Source: an uncultured Lachnospiraceae bacterium (GTDB lineage: Bacteria; Bacillota; Clostridia; Lachnospirales; Lachnospiraceae). Taken from it: a stretch of 64,000 bases of DNA. The DNA lies in assembly GCA_965645705.1 (NCBI GenBank), contig CBFFWQ010000011.1, forward strand, positions 1-64,000, written 5' to 3'. The first letter of the stretch is position 1. Every line of letters begins with the position of its first letter. The notes beneath the pieces were generated by a model that worked only from the letters and a program-made list of their open reading frames with translations, ran no database searches and was not told the origin of the DNA. Shown here piece by piece: positions 53,823 to 63,969 of the stretch. The position numbers were made by a program, and so were the translations under genes.

Positions 53823-53915
53823 AAAACCGCCTTCCTTCCTTAAATTTATTCAGCAAAGAAACTGAATCTCAATACAAAACTCTACTGTCGTAGACGAATC
53901 TAAAGGCTTGTGAAC

Positions 53916-54467
53916 TCAAATTAAATTCATGCCGTTAAAAGCATTTAGCATTCCTGTCACAATAAAATCTGCTATCTGCATAACTAAACGCATCCGTACC
54001 GAGTGAATGAATTCCTCAAAAGCAATATCAGATTGAGTCACTATACCAGTGATGCTAATATTCCCCACTTTTGGTAAAGTTTTACCAAAAGCAATTCCTG
54101 GAGAAATTTCTCCTTCACGCAAAGTAACACTACCAATAGCATTGCATTCCCCCATAAAACTATCAATAACAATAATGAATGGATTACAATACTTGTTATT
54201 CATAGTATCAATCATTTCTTTAAGATTACCCGCATGAACGCTAGACTCTAATGTACCATACACAATTATACCATCATAATGGTTAGAAGCAAGCCTATGT
54301 CCAACTATCGAACCAAGACAATCCCCAATAAAATAATCTGAACCAATACATAGAACAATAATTCTCTGATAACCATTTAATTTGCTTCTTAGCATTGTTT
54401 GCAACTTGTACTCAAATTGCCGTCTGTTGTTTTTCTCTGCAGTATTAAAATTACAATAAATACTCAC
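53916..54467 (-). CDS. yyaC: YyaC-like putative sporulation/germination-protease-family protein
   Basis: IIVLCIGSDYFIGDCLGSIVGHRL resembles the YyaC/GPR-type signature. Confidence 0.45.
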   Translation of the reverse strand: MSIYCNFNTAEKNNRRQFEYKLQTMLRSKLNGYQRIIVLCIGSDYFIGDCLGSIVGHRLASNHYDGIIVYGTLESSVHAGNLKEMIDTMNNKYCNPFIIVIDSFMGECNAIGSVTLREGEISPGIAFGKTLPKVGNISITGIVTQSDIAFEEFIHSVRMRLVMQIADFIVTGMLNAFNGMNLI

Positions 54468-54563
54468 TGTTAAAACACCCTCCGTTACGCTAATAAATTT
54501 TAGGACTGTATCATCGGAGCTATTAAGAGTGCTTAAACTATAATGTAAGCACCTTATAAAACA

Positions 54564-54595
54564 AAATGGCAGACGCTGTTACACGCCTGCCATTA
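54564..54595 (-). terminator. Rho-independent terminator, 32-mer identical to 11357-11388
   Basis: Exact repeat of the hairpin plus U-tract, downstream of 54627..55412. Confidence 0.6.
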
Positions 54596-54626
54596 AACAA
54601 AATTTTCCTGACCTAAAGGTTTATGA

Positions 54627-55412
54627 TTACTTTATAGAAACTTCTTGCCAACCCTCTGGCTTGCTATAAACTATTCTACGCCGAGAATTTTTCGCATGAG
54701 CTTCAATAAAATCTACGCTCTCAGGACTGTACTCATCTACGCAATCATCCCTAATTACTAATAAACGGTCGTTCGCTCCAATAAAGAAATTTCCCTTTGA
54801 TAAATCAAGCTGAATAATACTATCAAACTTACGACCACTTAATGCAGAAGAATCCGCACCTAAAGGTTTTAAAAATACCTTAAAACTACGTGGACCAAAT
54901 ACTCCTGGAGTTCTATCTTTCAAATCAAAATAATCAAACTCTGCTACCAGCCTACAAAGCCTAAACAACAACTTACCAATACGATCCGACACAATAGACA
55001 AGAGAAGCTTTGATACAAAAACTAACAAAAAATAATAACCAGCAGTCAACCCTGCATGAACTAAAGCTACATCAACTGCAACGAAAACAGCAACAACCAG
55101 AAACGCTGGCAATTCAACCCGACACCACGATTGTTGTCTATCAACATTCACAATGATAGACAGTCGCACACTGAACACCAATGCTACAACTCCCACAATC
55201 AGAATAAAAGCCTGCTTTAAATCAATGGACAAATGCTTACCCATCGCAGTAAATACAATATTCAACAAAAATAAAATCCCATCCAATAGCCAAGTTGTCT
55301 TGTATAATACTTCTTGCTGCATTAAATGCAACAGCTCTTTTGTTCGAAACTTAATCTTTCTAATCGTTCTATAAGGTTTAATGCTGTACTTCTTTCCTAA
55401 TACTTGTTTCAT
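54627..55412 (-). CDS. Membrane protein (N-terminal TM helices and a C-terminal soluble domain, possibly bacterial PH-like)
   Basis: Hydrophobicity pattern only. Confidence 0.35.
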   Translation of the reverse strand: MKQVLGKKYSIKPYRTIRKIKFRTKELLHLMQQEVLYKTTWLLDGILFLLNIVFTAMGKHLSIDLKQAFILIVGVVALVFSVRLSIIVNVDRQQSWCRVELPAFLVVAVFVAVDVALVHAGLTAGYYFLLVFVSKLLLSIVSDRIGKLLFRLCRLVAEFDYFDLKDRTPGVFGPRSFKVFLKPLGADSSALSGRKFDSIIQLDLSKGNFFIGANDRLLVIRDDCVDEYSPESVDFIEAHAKNSRRRIVYSKPEGWQEVSIK

Positions 55413-56799
55413 TTGACCTTTCCCACCTTTCCAAAGTGTCTATTTCATTTTTAATACCAGAACGGAAATCCACAATCGTATCTGGTGCAATTGGAATACA
55501 ATGCAATTTAGAAGAATCGTCAAACATCCTATAATAAGATTTTATTCCATACGGGATTACAACACTGCCATAACCATCGCCACGATACTTCAAATAAGCT
55601 TCACCATCCCAATACCTAAAGGTGAATTGCCGATAATCGAAAACAAACTCTCCCAGAAATCCTTTGTAGTAAATCTCCCAACCACCAACCCACTTTACAC
55701 GAAAATTAGTGTACTCTACGGATTGACAACCTTGATAAACGCAATTGCCCCTTTCACCATAAAAATTTTCTTTTAAACAAAAACAATTGCTGAATGCACA
55801 ATCACAAGAATCCACTGCCCAATGCACGAACGGTTGCGACTGCAAAAAGAAACAATTCTCGAATGCATAATCCATACGGCGAACACTTTCTGGCAATTCA
55901 GGAGGTTCTAAAACCCAATAGCAATCCTGAAAAACACGACTGGCATCAACCAATCCTTCTGGCAATACAATTCCTCTTGAAGCCCCTCCACAGTAATGCA
56001 AATAAGAAAATTCCTCACAATACTCTATACAATACTCTCTCGTGTCATACTCAAACGAACCTAAAGAACCATCATACGAAATCACAAAAGAATTTTTTTC
56101 TACTTCATTTAATACCGATGCCTTGAGCGAACCGTAAACTCTTTCCAAAGTAGTACACCCTTCATAAATAGAATCTTCGTACTCCTCTGGTTTTCCATCT
56201 AAAGGAAGAACTGCAGGTAATTCTAAAGCAACGCAACCTTTAAAAATACCGTCAAAATACAAAATAGTACCTGCAATAAGAGGCGGTTTCTTTAGCGATA
56301 CACAACCATCTAACGCATGATTCAGACACACAACACTAGAAGGAAATTTAGGAGGCTCTTTCAATTCACGACAATCTCGAAATGCACTACTGCAATCAGT
56401 AACTCCATAGGGAATTTGTGGTGGATACACTATACCACAACCACAAAACAATCTATAAGCAGATTTCAATCCAACCGGTATTTTAATACAAGAGCCATCT
56501 GTCTCAGAGCCAATATAATGCAAATAAATTCTTCGCTGACCTAAAACTACTTCAAATTGAGTAGGATCATACTTAAACGTACCTAAAGTATCAGAACTAC
56601 AAATTGCACTCAGCAAATGTATCACCCTTTCTAACGCACTACAGAGCAATACTCTATAGGCTATACTGCAACAAAACAGTACAATCATTGCATAAGCAAT
56701 AAAATGTCTGGAATCTCTCGACTCCAGACACAAATAAAAAAGGTAATACAAAACACAAATCACCGAAGAGACAAACCTAAAGCTATAATAAAGAAACAA
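55378..56799 (-). CDS. BspA-type leucine-rich-repeat protein (about 470 aa) with N-terminal hydrophobic segment
   Basis: Multiple IPxGV...FxxCxxL repeats. Confidence 0.5.
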   Translation of the reverse strand: MFLYYSFRFVSSVICVLYYLFYLCLESRDSRHFIAYAMIVLFCCSIAYRVLLCSALERVIHLLSAICSSDTLGTFKYDPTQFEVVLGQRRIYLHYIGSETDGSCIKIPVGLKSAYRLFCGCGIVYPPQIPYGVTDCSSAFRDCRELKEPPKFPSSVVCLNHALDGCVSLKKPPLIAGTILYFDGIFKGCVALELPAVLPLDGKPEEYEDSIYEGCTTLERVYGSLKASVLNEVEKNSFVISYDGSLGSFEYDTREYCIEYCEEFSYLHYCGGASRGIVLPEGLVDASRVFQDCYWVLEPPELPESVRRMDYAFENCFFLQSQPFVHWAVDSCDCAFSNCFCLKENFYGERGNCVYQGCQSVEYTNFRVKWVGGWEIYYKGFLGEFVFDYRQFTFRYWDGEAYLKYRGDGYGSVVIPYGIKSYYRMFDDSSKLHCIPIAPDTIVDFRSGIKNEIDTLERWERSNETSIRKEVQH

Positions 56800-56817
56800 A
56801 GCTAATCAACTAAAAAC

Positions 56818-57177
56818 TCAGTGCAATAAAGGTTCTACCTTGCTTACTAGAAACTTCCTTGTTTCTTCTATAATAATACTATTATTTTTTTCCAACACCT
56901 TGAAGGCATCTGTACCGTTACACACACCATTCTCCTGTAAAATACTCACAGCCGCAGACAAACACGCACTAGCATAAGGATTGATAATACGGTCAAAAAT
57001 TGACCGTTCACCCTCAATTTGTCCATAATAAAATCCATCTTTGTAACCATCTGAATAAGCATCTGAAAACTGCTCATCACACTGACAGTCTAAAGCACCT
57101 ACAGACAAAAAATTCCTCTCTTCTTCCTTGAAACTCTTTACTGCTACAATTTTAGAATTTTTCTTTTTACCCTTCAT
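56818..57177 (-). CDS. Hypothetical protein
   Basis: ORF only. Confidence 0.3.
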   Translation of the reverse strand: MKGKKKNSKIVAVKSFKEEERNFLSVGALDCQCDEQFSDAYSDGYKDGFYYGQIEGERSIFDRIINPYASACLSAAVSILQENGVCNGTDAFKVLEKNNSIIIEETRKFLVSKVEPLLH

Positions 57178-57503
57178 TACACTAAATCCTCCTAATAATT
57201 TTATAGTTTTTGCTATAGTAATACAAGTTTACTACCGACAACTCATAAAATTAGGAGCGAATTTTATCTGTTTTCATTAAAATTATAAATTTATGCTAAC
57301 GAAATGCTATTGTATTCACTAACACGTTAAAATACAACAGCATTTCCCAACAAAAGAAATGTTTCAGAAATCGAAAAGAAATCTAAAAAGCTTTACTAAG
57401 CTAAAGGTTTTATGACTACTATGCCATAAAACCTGCAAACTACAAAAAATAGTACACGGTAATTTAATCATGTATTGAAAATACAATAATGAACTGCATT
57501 ACA

Positions 57504-58304
57504 CTATCTACGACGATTTCTTCCCCTTAATACAATAAGACTCACCAACGAACGAGGTAATGGTTCAATACTATAACTCGTGTAAGCTTTACCAAACTCT
57601 TCCTGTGCTTTTGTTAATACTTTCTCAGCTGCCCCCATACTCTCATACACACGAGCGCCACGAATAACATCCGTCACACCTAAAGTACCTTTACTATCTT
57701 CTGCGACAAACATTGGAGTCCTTGTGAAACTATTCTTTGCAGTAACTATAAAAACAAAATCCTTAATTGGTAAATTGTTCTCTTGCTTAGAAGTTTCACT
57801 TTCAGAACCTGTAGATTCTATAAGTGATTTCTCTGGTTCAATACTAATCACCTTATGCACATACTCCAAAGGACGCAGTTTACTTAAACGTTCGATCTGT
57901 GCATCTGTAAAAGAAAGTTCTTTCGTACTCAATTGACCATGAGTACGTAATACTCTACCTTTCACTTTCCCCTCTGCACGTCTTCCTACTGCAATAAACG
58001 TAACAATACTTGATTCAGCACTTTCTCTTTCTGTAGTTACAGAACCAATCAGCTGTCCCTCAAAGTCTTTCTGAAAAAAATACTCTGGAAAATCAATAGA
58101 CAAAACTTTTGCATCAGTTGGGACAAAGAACGTCTTTTTTCCGAAACCGTCAATCTCAAATCTAAGATTCATTCCAATATGTTTGCAATCAGGGCACACT
58201 GCCTCCTGATGAGCAACACCTAAACACTTCTCTAAATCTTTAAATCCATAGCCTAATGTAATAATCTTCGAACACTCAGAGCATTCATGCTTAATTTCAA
58301 TCAT
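57504..58304 (-). CDS. Hypothetical protein with N-terminal Zn-ribbon (CxxC...CxxC)
   Basis: ORF only. Confidence 0.3.
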   Translation of the reverse strand: MIEIKHECSECSKIITLGYGFKDLEKCLGVAHQEAVCPDCKHIGMNLRFEIDGFGKKTFFVPTDAKVLSIDFPEYFFQKDFEGQLIGSVTTERESAESSIVTFIAVGRRAEGKVKGRVLRTHGQLSTKELSFTDAQIERLSKLRPLEYVHKVISIEPEKSLIESTGSESETSKQENNLPIKDFVFIVTAKNSFTRTPMFVAEDSKGTLGVTDVIRGARVYESMGAAEKVLTKAQEEFGKAYTSYSIEPLPRSLVSLIVLRGRNRRR

Positions 58305-58407
58305 CTTTTATCTCCTCCATACTTTTATTTCACGGACTTATCGCCGTAAACTCACTGCACTACCTAAAATGACAGTGAGATAATCCAAATCTATAAAAAA
58401 CAATCTT

Positions 58408-59862
58408 TCACACCAATACAATCTCTATTGAAATACTCTTAAGCAGGAAAGACTGAATTCCTCTCTGCAACAAACTCTTATTTGTTTGATTACACAAAAA
58501 TCTATAATCCTCACGAGAGTGACAGCATACAAGCAATACACAATCTTTATCCACAAACACAGAAGTTCTGCCAAGCACAGAATCTAAAGGAGATGGTAAG
58601 ACAATCTCCTTCACACACTCAATCACTGTCAAAGCATCCAAATAACAAGCTCTACTCTCAAACTCGACGGAACACTCTGGAACACTAAACTCCGTGACAC
58701 TCTTCTGCAACTTCTCTACCTGCTTTTCTAATTCCTGAATACGAATTAGCAAAGATTCTGAATCGGATTCAGAATCAAACCGAACTTCACACAACTTAAT
58801 AAAATAAATCTCTGCAATACTTGTCTTCTGCGTATTAGAACGAAATTTTTCCTGCAGCTCAGACAGAACTCGTATCACACGAATAAGAAATTTAGAATCA
58901 ACCATACCGAGAGCAGACTCTACCATTCCTTGTTCTGTTTCACCAAAATCTGTCATATCCCATACACTACGAGAAGAAGACAATAATAGTAAATCTCTAT
59001 TGAATTTTATAAATCCAGAAACAACTGATTCAATACTATTGCCAGCAGATAAAGTGTCCTGCAGTAACAGCAGAATTGGTTCAACACTACCATCCCGAAT
59101 ACACTTTAATAAACTAAAATATGTTTCAGTCGGCGGCACTCCTAATACAGAACGTACACCTGCATAATCTAAAGAGGAGACTGAAGCAATGCACCTATCA
59201 AGCAGACTAATCGCATCACGCAGAGAACCATCAGAAGCAGAAGCTATAAAACGAAGTGCGGCAGAATCTGTCACAGCACCCTCTGCCTCCGCAATAACAA
59301 CTAATCGTTCCACAATGGAATCTAACGGAATCCTCTTGAAGTCGTATCTTTGACATCTCGATGCCACTGTTGGTATCACCTTATGCACATCCGTAGTTGC
59401 AAGAATAAAAATCACATACGGCGGAGGCTCTTCCAGTGATTTAAGCAAAGCATTGAATGCACCCGTAGACAGCATATGTACTTCGTCTACAATCATTACC
59501 TTATACTTACAATCAGTAGGCGGATACCGTAACTCTTCAATCATAGTACGAACAGAATCAACACCATTATTAGAAGCGGCATCAATTTCTTGTACACTAA
59601 AAGTAGTACCTGCAGAAATAGATTCACAAACTCTGCATTCACCGCAAGGATTACCATCAACTGGAGATAAGCAATTAACAGCTTTTGCCATGATTTTGGC
59701 AATCGTTGTTTTACCTGTCCCCCTAGTTCCAGTAAATAAATAGGCGTGACTAATGCGACCATTTTTAACCTGATTGCGTAAAGTTGTCACAATCGCATCT
59801 TGCCCCTTTACACTATTGAAGTCTTGGGGACGGTATTTCCGATACATAACTTGATAAGCCAC
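58408..59862 (-). CDS. dnaX: DNA polymerase III gamma/tau subunit (clamp loader)
   Basis: AYQVMYRKYRPQDF matches E. coli SYQVLARKWRPQTF. GTRGTGKTT, CxxCxxC zinc module, DEVHMLS, SRCQRYDF. GTG start at 59862 with GGAGGT SD 9 nt upstream. Confidence 0.85.
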   Translation of the reverse strand: MAYQVMYRKYRPQDFNSVKGQDAIVTTLRNQVKNGRISHAYLFTGTRGTGKTTIAKIMAKAVNCLSPVDGNPCGECRVCESISAGTTFSVQEIDAASNNGVDSVRTMIEELRYPPTDCKYKVMIVDEVHMLSTGAFNALLKSLEEPPPYVIFILATTDVHKVIPTVASRCQRYDFKRIPLDSIVERLVVIAEAEGAVTDSAALRFIASASDGSLRDAISLLDRCIASVSSLDYAGVRSVLGVPPTETYFSLLKCIRDGSVEPILLLLQDTLSAGNSIESVVSGFIKFNRDLLLLSSSRSVWDMTDFGETEQGMVESALGMVDSKFLIRVIRVLSELQEKFRSNTQKTSIAEIYFIKLCEVRFDSESDSESLLIRIQELEKQVEKLQKSVTEFSVPECSVEFESRACYLDALTVIECVKEIVLPSPLDSVLGRTSVFVDKDCVLLVCCHSREDYRFLCNQTNKSLLQRGIQSFLLKSISIEIVLV

Positions 59863-60373
59863 TAGGTCAACACCTCCTGATACTATAAAAATTGCAACAC
59901 CCAATGAAATAATAAATTCAACCACGTTAAAAAGAGTAGTTCATTGACTACTCTTTCGCATACGCACAAACAAGAATGCTAAATTAAAAGAAGTCATGCT
60001 TTTTCAGTATGCTCCCCTATAAAACTTGAATACTAACCGTTTTAACAAAATAGCTTGTTTTAATAATTTTCACTAACAATGAAACTCTCTTCTGCAATGT
60101 CAGAATTATTTTTAGAATGAATAATGATTATATCAATTTACTTAGATACATCTTTATCTATATTCATGAACTGTGAAATTTAACATGACCTAAAGGATCG
60201 ATAACTACAACAATTATCCTACTTGGCAAAACTAAAAATTCATAAATATAACAGTAATATTAGAAACAATCATTACAATCCATCATACATTTTCTAATTA
60301 GGAAAACCTATGAAATAAAACACTTATTGCAAGTTACTGGACAGTCAAAAATTCTTGCATACAGATAAATATA

Positions 60374-60949
60374 TCATGGACTGAATTTATCCCTGTCATT
60401 ATAAACAATTCTTTTAGCTAAAGCTTTTGCAGGATTTTCAAAATCATCTAATTCTGGCACGCCGTCCTTAAGCATAAATTCATAAGTAAATTCAAAAGAC
60501 TCTCTATTCTTTTCTGGAATAAATAATCTAGTTGCCCACCAATATTGCCAATTTTCATCATTATAATCTTCAAGAAATAATCTCAAATATGCTGATCTAT
60601 ACTCTCTTATTCTCTCATGGTTACTATCTGGATGTGACTGGAAAAAATCAATAGGTAATCTTAAAATGCAGCTTTTTCTTAATTCCATTAAAGTTCTGGC
60701 ATCATACTGTTTATTAAGATACGCAAAAGCATTACATCTTAAATCTTCGTAATCATAATATAACATTAATGCTGCCTCAAAAATCGCATTATCATCTACA
60801 AATCCTTGGTTACAAACGCTATTTATCAATGCCTGAAAATCATTAACTGTATAATCTAAAGTGAAATCGTACAACATTTTTAAATTAATCATCACTATAA
60901 TCTCCAATCTCAGATTTCTGTAATTGCAATAAGCTAGTAAAATCAACAT
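60374..60949 (-). CDS. Hypothetical protein, paralog of 42942..43517
   Basis: Intra-window paralogy. Confidence 0.35.
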   Translation of the reverse strand: MLILLAYCNYRNLRLEIIVMINLKMLYDFTLDYTVNDFQALINSVCNQGFVDDNAIFEAALMLYYDYEDLRCNAFAYLNKQYDARTLMELRKSCILRLPIDFFQSHPDSNHERIREYRSAYLRLFLEDYNDENWQYWWATRLFIPEKNRESFEFTYEFMLKDGVPELDDFENPAKALAKRIVYNDRDKFSP

Positions 60950-61820
60950 TAGAGTAATTTTTGTATTTATTAATCAAATCCTCAACAATTTCTGGATAGT
61001 TTGGTAATTTTGATAATTCCTGTAATTTAATAAACAATACCGCTGAAATATCTGGAGACACAGTATCTGCAAATAAATCTAATAACAGTGAAACATCATT
61101 ATATAACTTATCACCATAAGACGTAAATGACAATTGCTTAATCCTTTGGAATTCTGGAAAATAAGAACTATTAACTGCTATACTTTCTATAATTTCTGCT
61201 AAATTATCATTACATTGTCTTAACAATTCTCGCTCATATTCTGCTGTCTTTACACGAATACAATTTTCACTAACTCTTCGACCATATACTCTTAATAAAA
61301 AAGACTTAAATCCTTTTAATACAGAAATCTCGAAAGTACCTTTTTCTCCTTCTTCTACAATATTGGGATCATTGGGGATACATAATAAATCATGTTTCCT
61401 TAAATAATAATTATCATACTTCTTTGTATACCAATTTAGTTCATGAAAAGATATCACTCGTTCATTAAATTGTTTCGTTACTACTTCTATCCAAAGTGGC
61501 ATACGATAGGAAGCGTCTATAATACAAGAAAACTTATCCTGTTTAACACTCCTCTCTTTATCCAAATTAATCATAAAAGGATGTAATTGTCTTAAATAAG
61601 AACGTATAAAAGTTTCAGGATCAATATCACATGACCTTAAAAATTTTATTATACCCAAATTAGAACTCTTGGAATGAGGCTCGAAATCAAAAGTCGTATT
61701 TTTAGACAAAGATAAACAATACAATTCATTTTTTATATTTATTGTCTGTCTCTCTTCGCCAGTTAGTGCTATATCAGCATTATCATTAGTAAATGTATTT
61801 ATAATTTGTGCACGTTTCAT
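60885..61820 (-). CDS. Hypothetical protein
   Basis: ORF only. Confidence 0.3.
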   Translation of the reverse strand: MKRAQIINTFTNDNADIALTGEERQTINIKNELYCLSLSKNTTFDFEPHSKSSNLGIIKFLRSCDIDPETFIRSYLRQLHPFMINLDKERSVKQDKFSCIIDASYRMPLWIEVVTKQFNERVISFHELNWYTKKYDNYYLRKHDLLCIPNDPNIVEEGEKGTFEISVLKGFKSFLLRVYGRRVSENCIRVKTAEYERELLRQCNDNLAEIIESIAVNSSYFPEFQRIKQLSFTSYGDKLYNDVSLLLDLFADTVSPDISAVLFIKLQELSKLPNYPEIVEDLINKYKNYSNVDFTSLLQLQKSEIGDYSDD

Positions 61821-62052
61821 AATTAACTCTCCAAGCTATCTAATATTAAAAATTTGTTTTTAATCAATATCAACGCTACAAACATCTGCAGCCGCAATAA
61901 AAATAGTTTAACACACAATTAACTTAAATGCAAGTTTACAGCAAAAATTTCTAAATAAAACCATTTGAAAAACTATCGTAATCAATAATCAATGTATTAT
62001 TTTCTATTTTTGCTGTAAAACCATTTCTATCATTTCAGAATTACTATTTTTC

Positions 62053-62493
62053 TCATTCAACAATTTTGTAATCGAAATCTTCTTCTGACAATTCTTTCTT
62101 CCCTAACAAATCCGCTAATTCTCTTTGCGTTAATTCAATTGCAAGCCCTCTCACATCCACAAACTTAGGGTCAAAGTCTTCTGCATCCACTTCAAATTCC
62201 CAAATAGCCCGCACTTTAATTTTTGTTGCCTTTTCTTTTAGCACTGGGTATTCTTCCAGCAATTCCTCTTTACTTTTCTTAATTAAGTCTAAAACTGTTT
62301 TGTTTTCTTTGTACTTGTTTTCTCGCCAATCAATTACCATCTCACCTTGCTTTGTCAGCTTAACTTCTGCTATTACCTTTCCTTCCTCATCTGGGTTTTG
62401 TGGAAACCAATCAATAGTAATCGAAGCTAAGAATTCATGATTTTCTTGCGGTTTAAAATATTGTTTAAAATTGTTCTTGAAACTGTCTTGCAT
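62053..62493 (-). CDS. Hypothetical protein
   Basis: ORF only. Confidence 0.3.
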   Translation of the reverse strand: MQDSFKNNFKQYFKPQENHEFLASITIDWFPQNPDEEGKVIAEVKLTKQGEMVIDWRENKYKENKTVLDLIKKSKEELLEEYPVLKEKATKIKVRAIWEFEVDAEDFDPKFVDVRGLAIELTQRELADLLGKKELSEEDFDYKIVE

Positions 62494-62586
62494 TCTTTTT
62501 CCTTCCTTTCTATACTATCTACTAAAAACACGACCACTGTTAATTCCTATATAGTTTTACTTCATTCATTTGGTTAGAACCCTTTG

Positions 62587-63237
62587 TTACTTCATGGACA
62601 TACTAAGAATCTGATCTACATTTTTATCTTGATAACACCTTATTAACTTCTCAATATGCTTATTAACATTTAAAACTACATTAGTTACTGGAATTAGGGA
62701 AACTTCATAAACTGACGAATTATGAGTACTCGTTGCAATTTTTTGCATTCCAACATACTCACAAAGTTTTACACCATCCGAAGTCGCAGCATCGGCAATA
62801 AACTTACCAAAATAAATACTTCGTTCTATAGCTAACTTTATTAAGAAATCAATAAAAGCCCTGTAAATAATTACAAAAGTACTAGTTACTTTATAAGCAG
62901 GATGAATACAAAAAGAGCATAAATAAAGATTATAAATTCCTTGTGCATTGTATTGGCAGATATCTTTTGTTTCAAATTTGGTATCATCAAAATCACCACT
63001 ACTAATTTCTTTATACAAAAAATCATTAATAGGCAATGTATTAAAAAATCCTACCAATTTTCCTGTTTCTGTATCACGTACTGCTATGATTGTCGAGGGA
63101 TTGTGCTGAAACCATTTCTTATCTGTTTCAAAACTTGCTATGACTTCAGGCGGTAGCACTAATTTCTCAATCTCATACAAATCTAAAAGATCTTTATCAT
63201 CAAATTTCTCTAATGCAATAACAACAAATTTCTTCAT
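62587..63237 (-). CDS. Hypothetical protein (weakly acyltransferase-like)
   Basis: ORF only. Confidence 0.25.
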   Translation of the reverse strand: MKKFVVIALEKFDDKDLLDLYEIEKLVLPPEVIASFETDKKWFQHNPSTIIAVRDTETGKLVGFFNTLPINDFLYKEISSGDFDDTKFETKDICQYNAQGIYNLYLCSFCIHPAYKVTSTFVIIYRAFIDFLIKLAIERSIYFGKFIADAATSDGVKLCEYVGMQKIATSTHNSSVYEVSLIPVTNVVLNVNKHIEKLIRCYQDKNVDQILSMSMK

Positions 63238-63435
63238 AATAACACCCCTTTTTTAAACACGATTATACGTATAAATTATAAAGTTTATTCTCAACTAAAA
63301 GACAAAGAGATTTATAGTAAATAAATATTTCACTAACAAACTAAATGTTAGATACCAAATACATAATAAAGCAATACTACGTAAAAGGAGTCGCACTCTT
63401 CAATACGACTCCCTGTATAAAAATCTACAAACTTA

Positions 63436-63969
63436 TTATCCAAAACTCAACTGGCTATTTACATAACTAAGACGCTCTTGCAACTTCATTAACTCTTCTT
63501 CCTGCTCGAATGGCTTGTTATACTCAATCTTAGCAGATTCAAGTTGTGCTTTCAAGTTTGTAATCTTCCTCTCTGTATTTAGAATCAGTTTATCAAAATC
63601 AGAGAAGATACGTTGGAATTTCCCTATATAACCAGCTAATGTAGTACCTTGCTCTAATGTATACTCTAAAGTATGAACTAAAGATACATGTACTCTCTCA
63701 TCTACACGAATACGAATACTGAAGCCACAATACTCTCCAAACGTGTAATCCATACCAACGCCAAGATAACTAGAATAAACCTGCTTAAAGTAATGCTCTG
63801 CTGCATCCATATCATTGAATTCTTGGTCAGCAATTTTAATATGAAAAAGAGCTTCCCCTTGCTCTCGATTTTCTAAATAGAATGCTTTATCTTTCTTAAG
63901 ATTTCCAAGTCTACGTTCTGCAGCATCTAAAGCTTGAGGAATTTCTACATTAATACTTTCACCTAACAT
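63436..63969 (-). CDS. Hypothetical protein with C-terminal coiled coil
   Basis: ORF only. Confidence 0.3.
   Translation of the reverse strand: MLGESINVEIPQALDAAERRLGNLKKDKAFYLENREQGEALFHIKIADQEFNDMDAAEHYFKQVYSSYLGVGMDYTFGEYCGFSIRIRVDERVHVSLVHTLEYTLEQGTTLAGYIGKFQRIFSDFDKLILNTERKITNLKAQLESAKIEYNKPFEQEEELMKLQERLSYVNSQLSFG

Noticed and set aside
53916-54467. LNAF near the C-terminus of the YyaC-like protein as a fifth VNAF-tail member
   Set aside because: Leu replaces Val and the motif is 6 residues inside a conserved family's C-terminus. Probably coincidence.
58545-58560. DnaA-box-like TTATCCACA near dnaX as evidence of oriC
   Set aside because: A single box inside the dnaX coding sequence, with no clustered boxes or AT-rich unwinding element. 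Insufficient.
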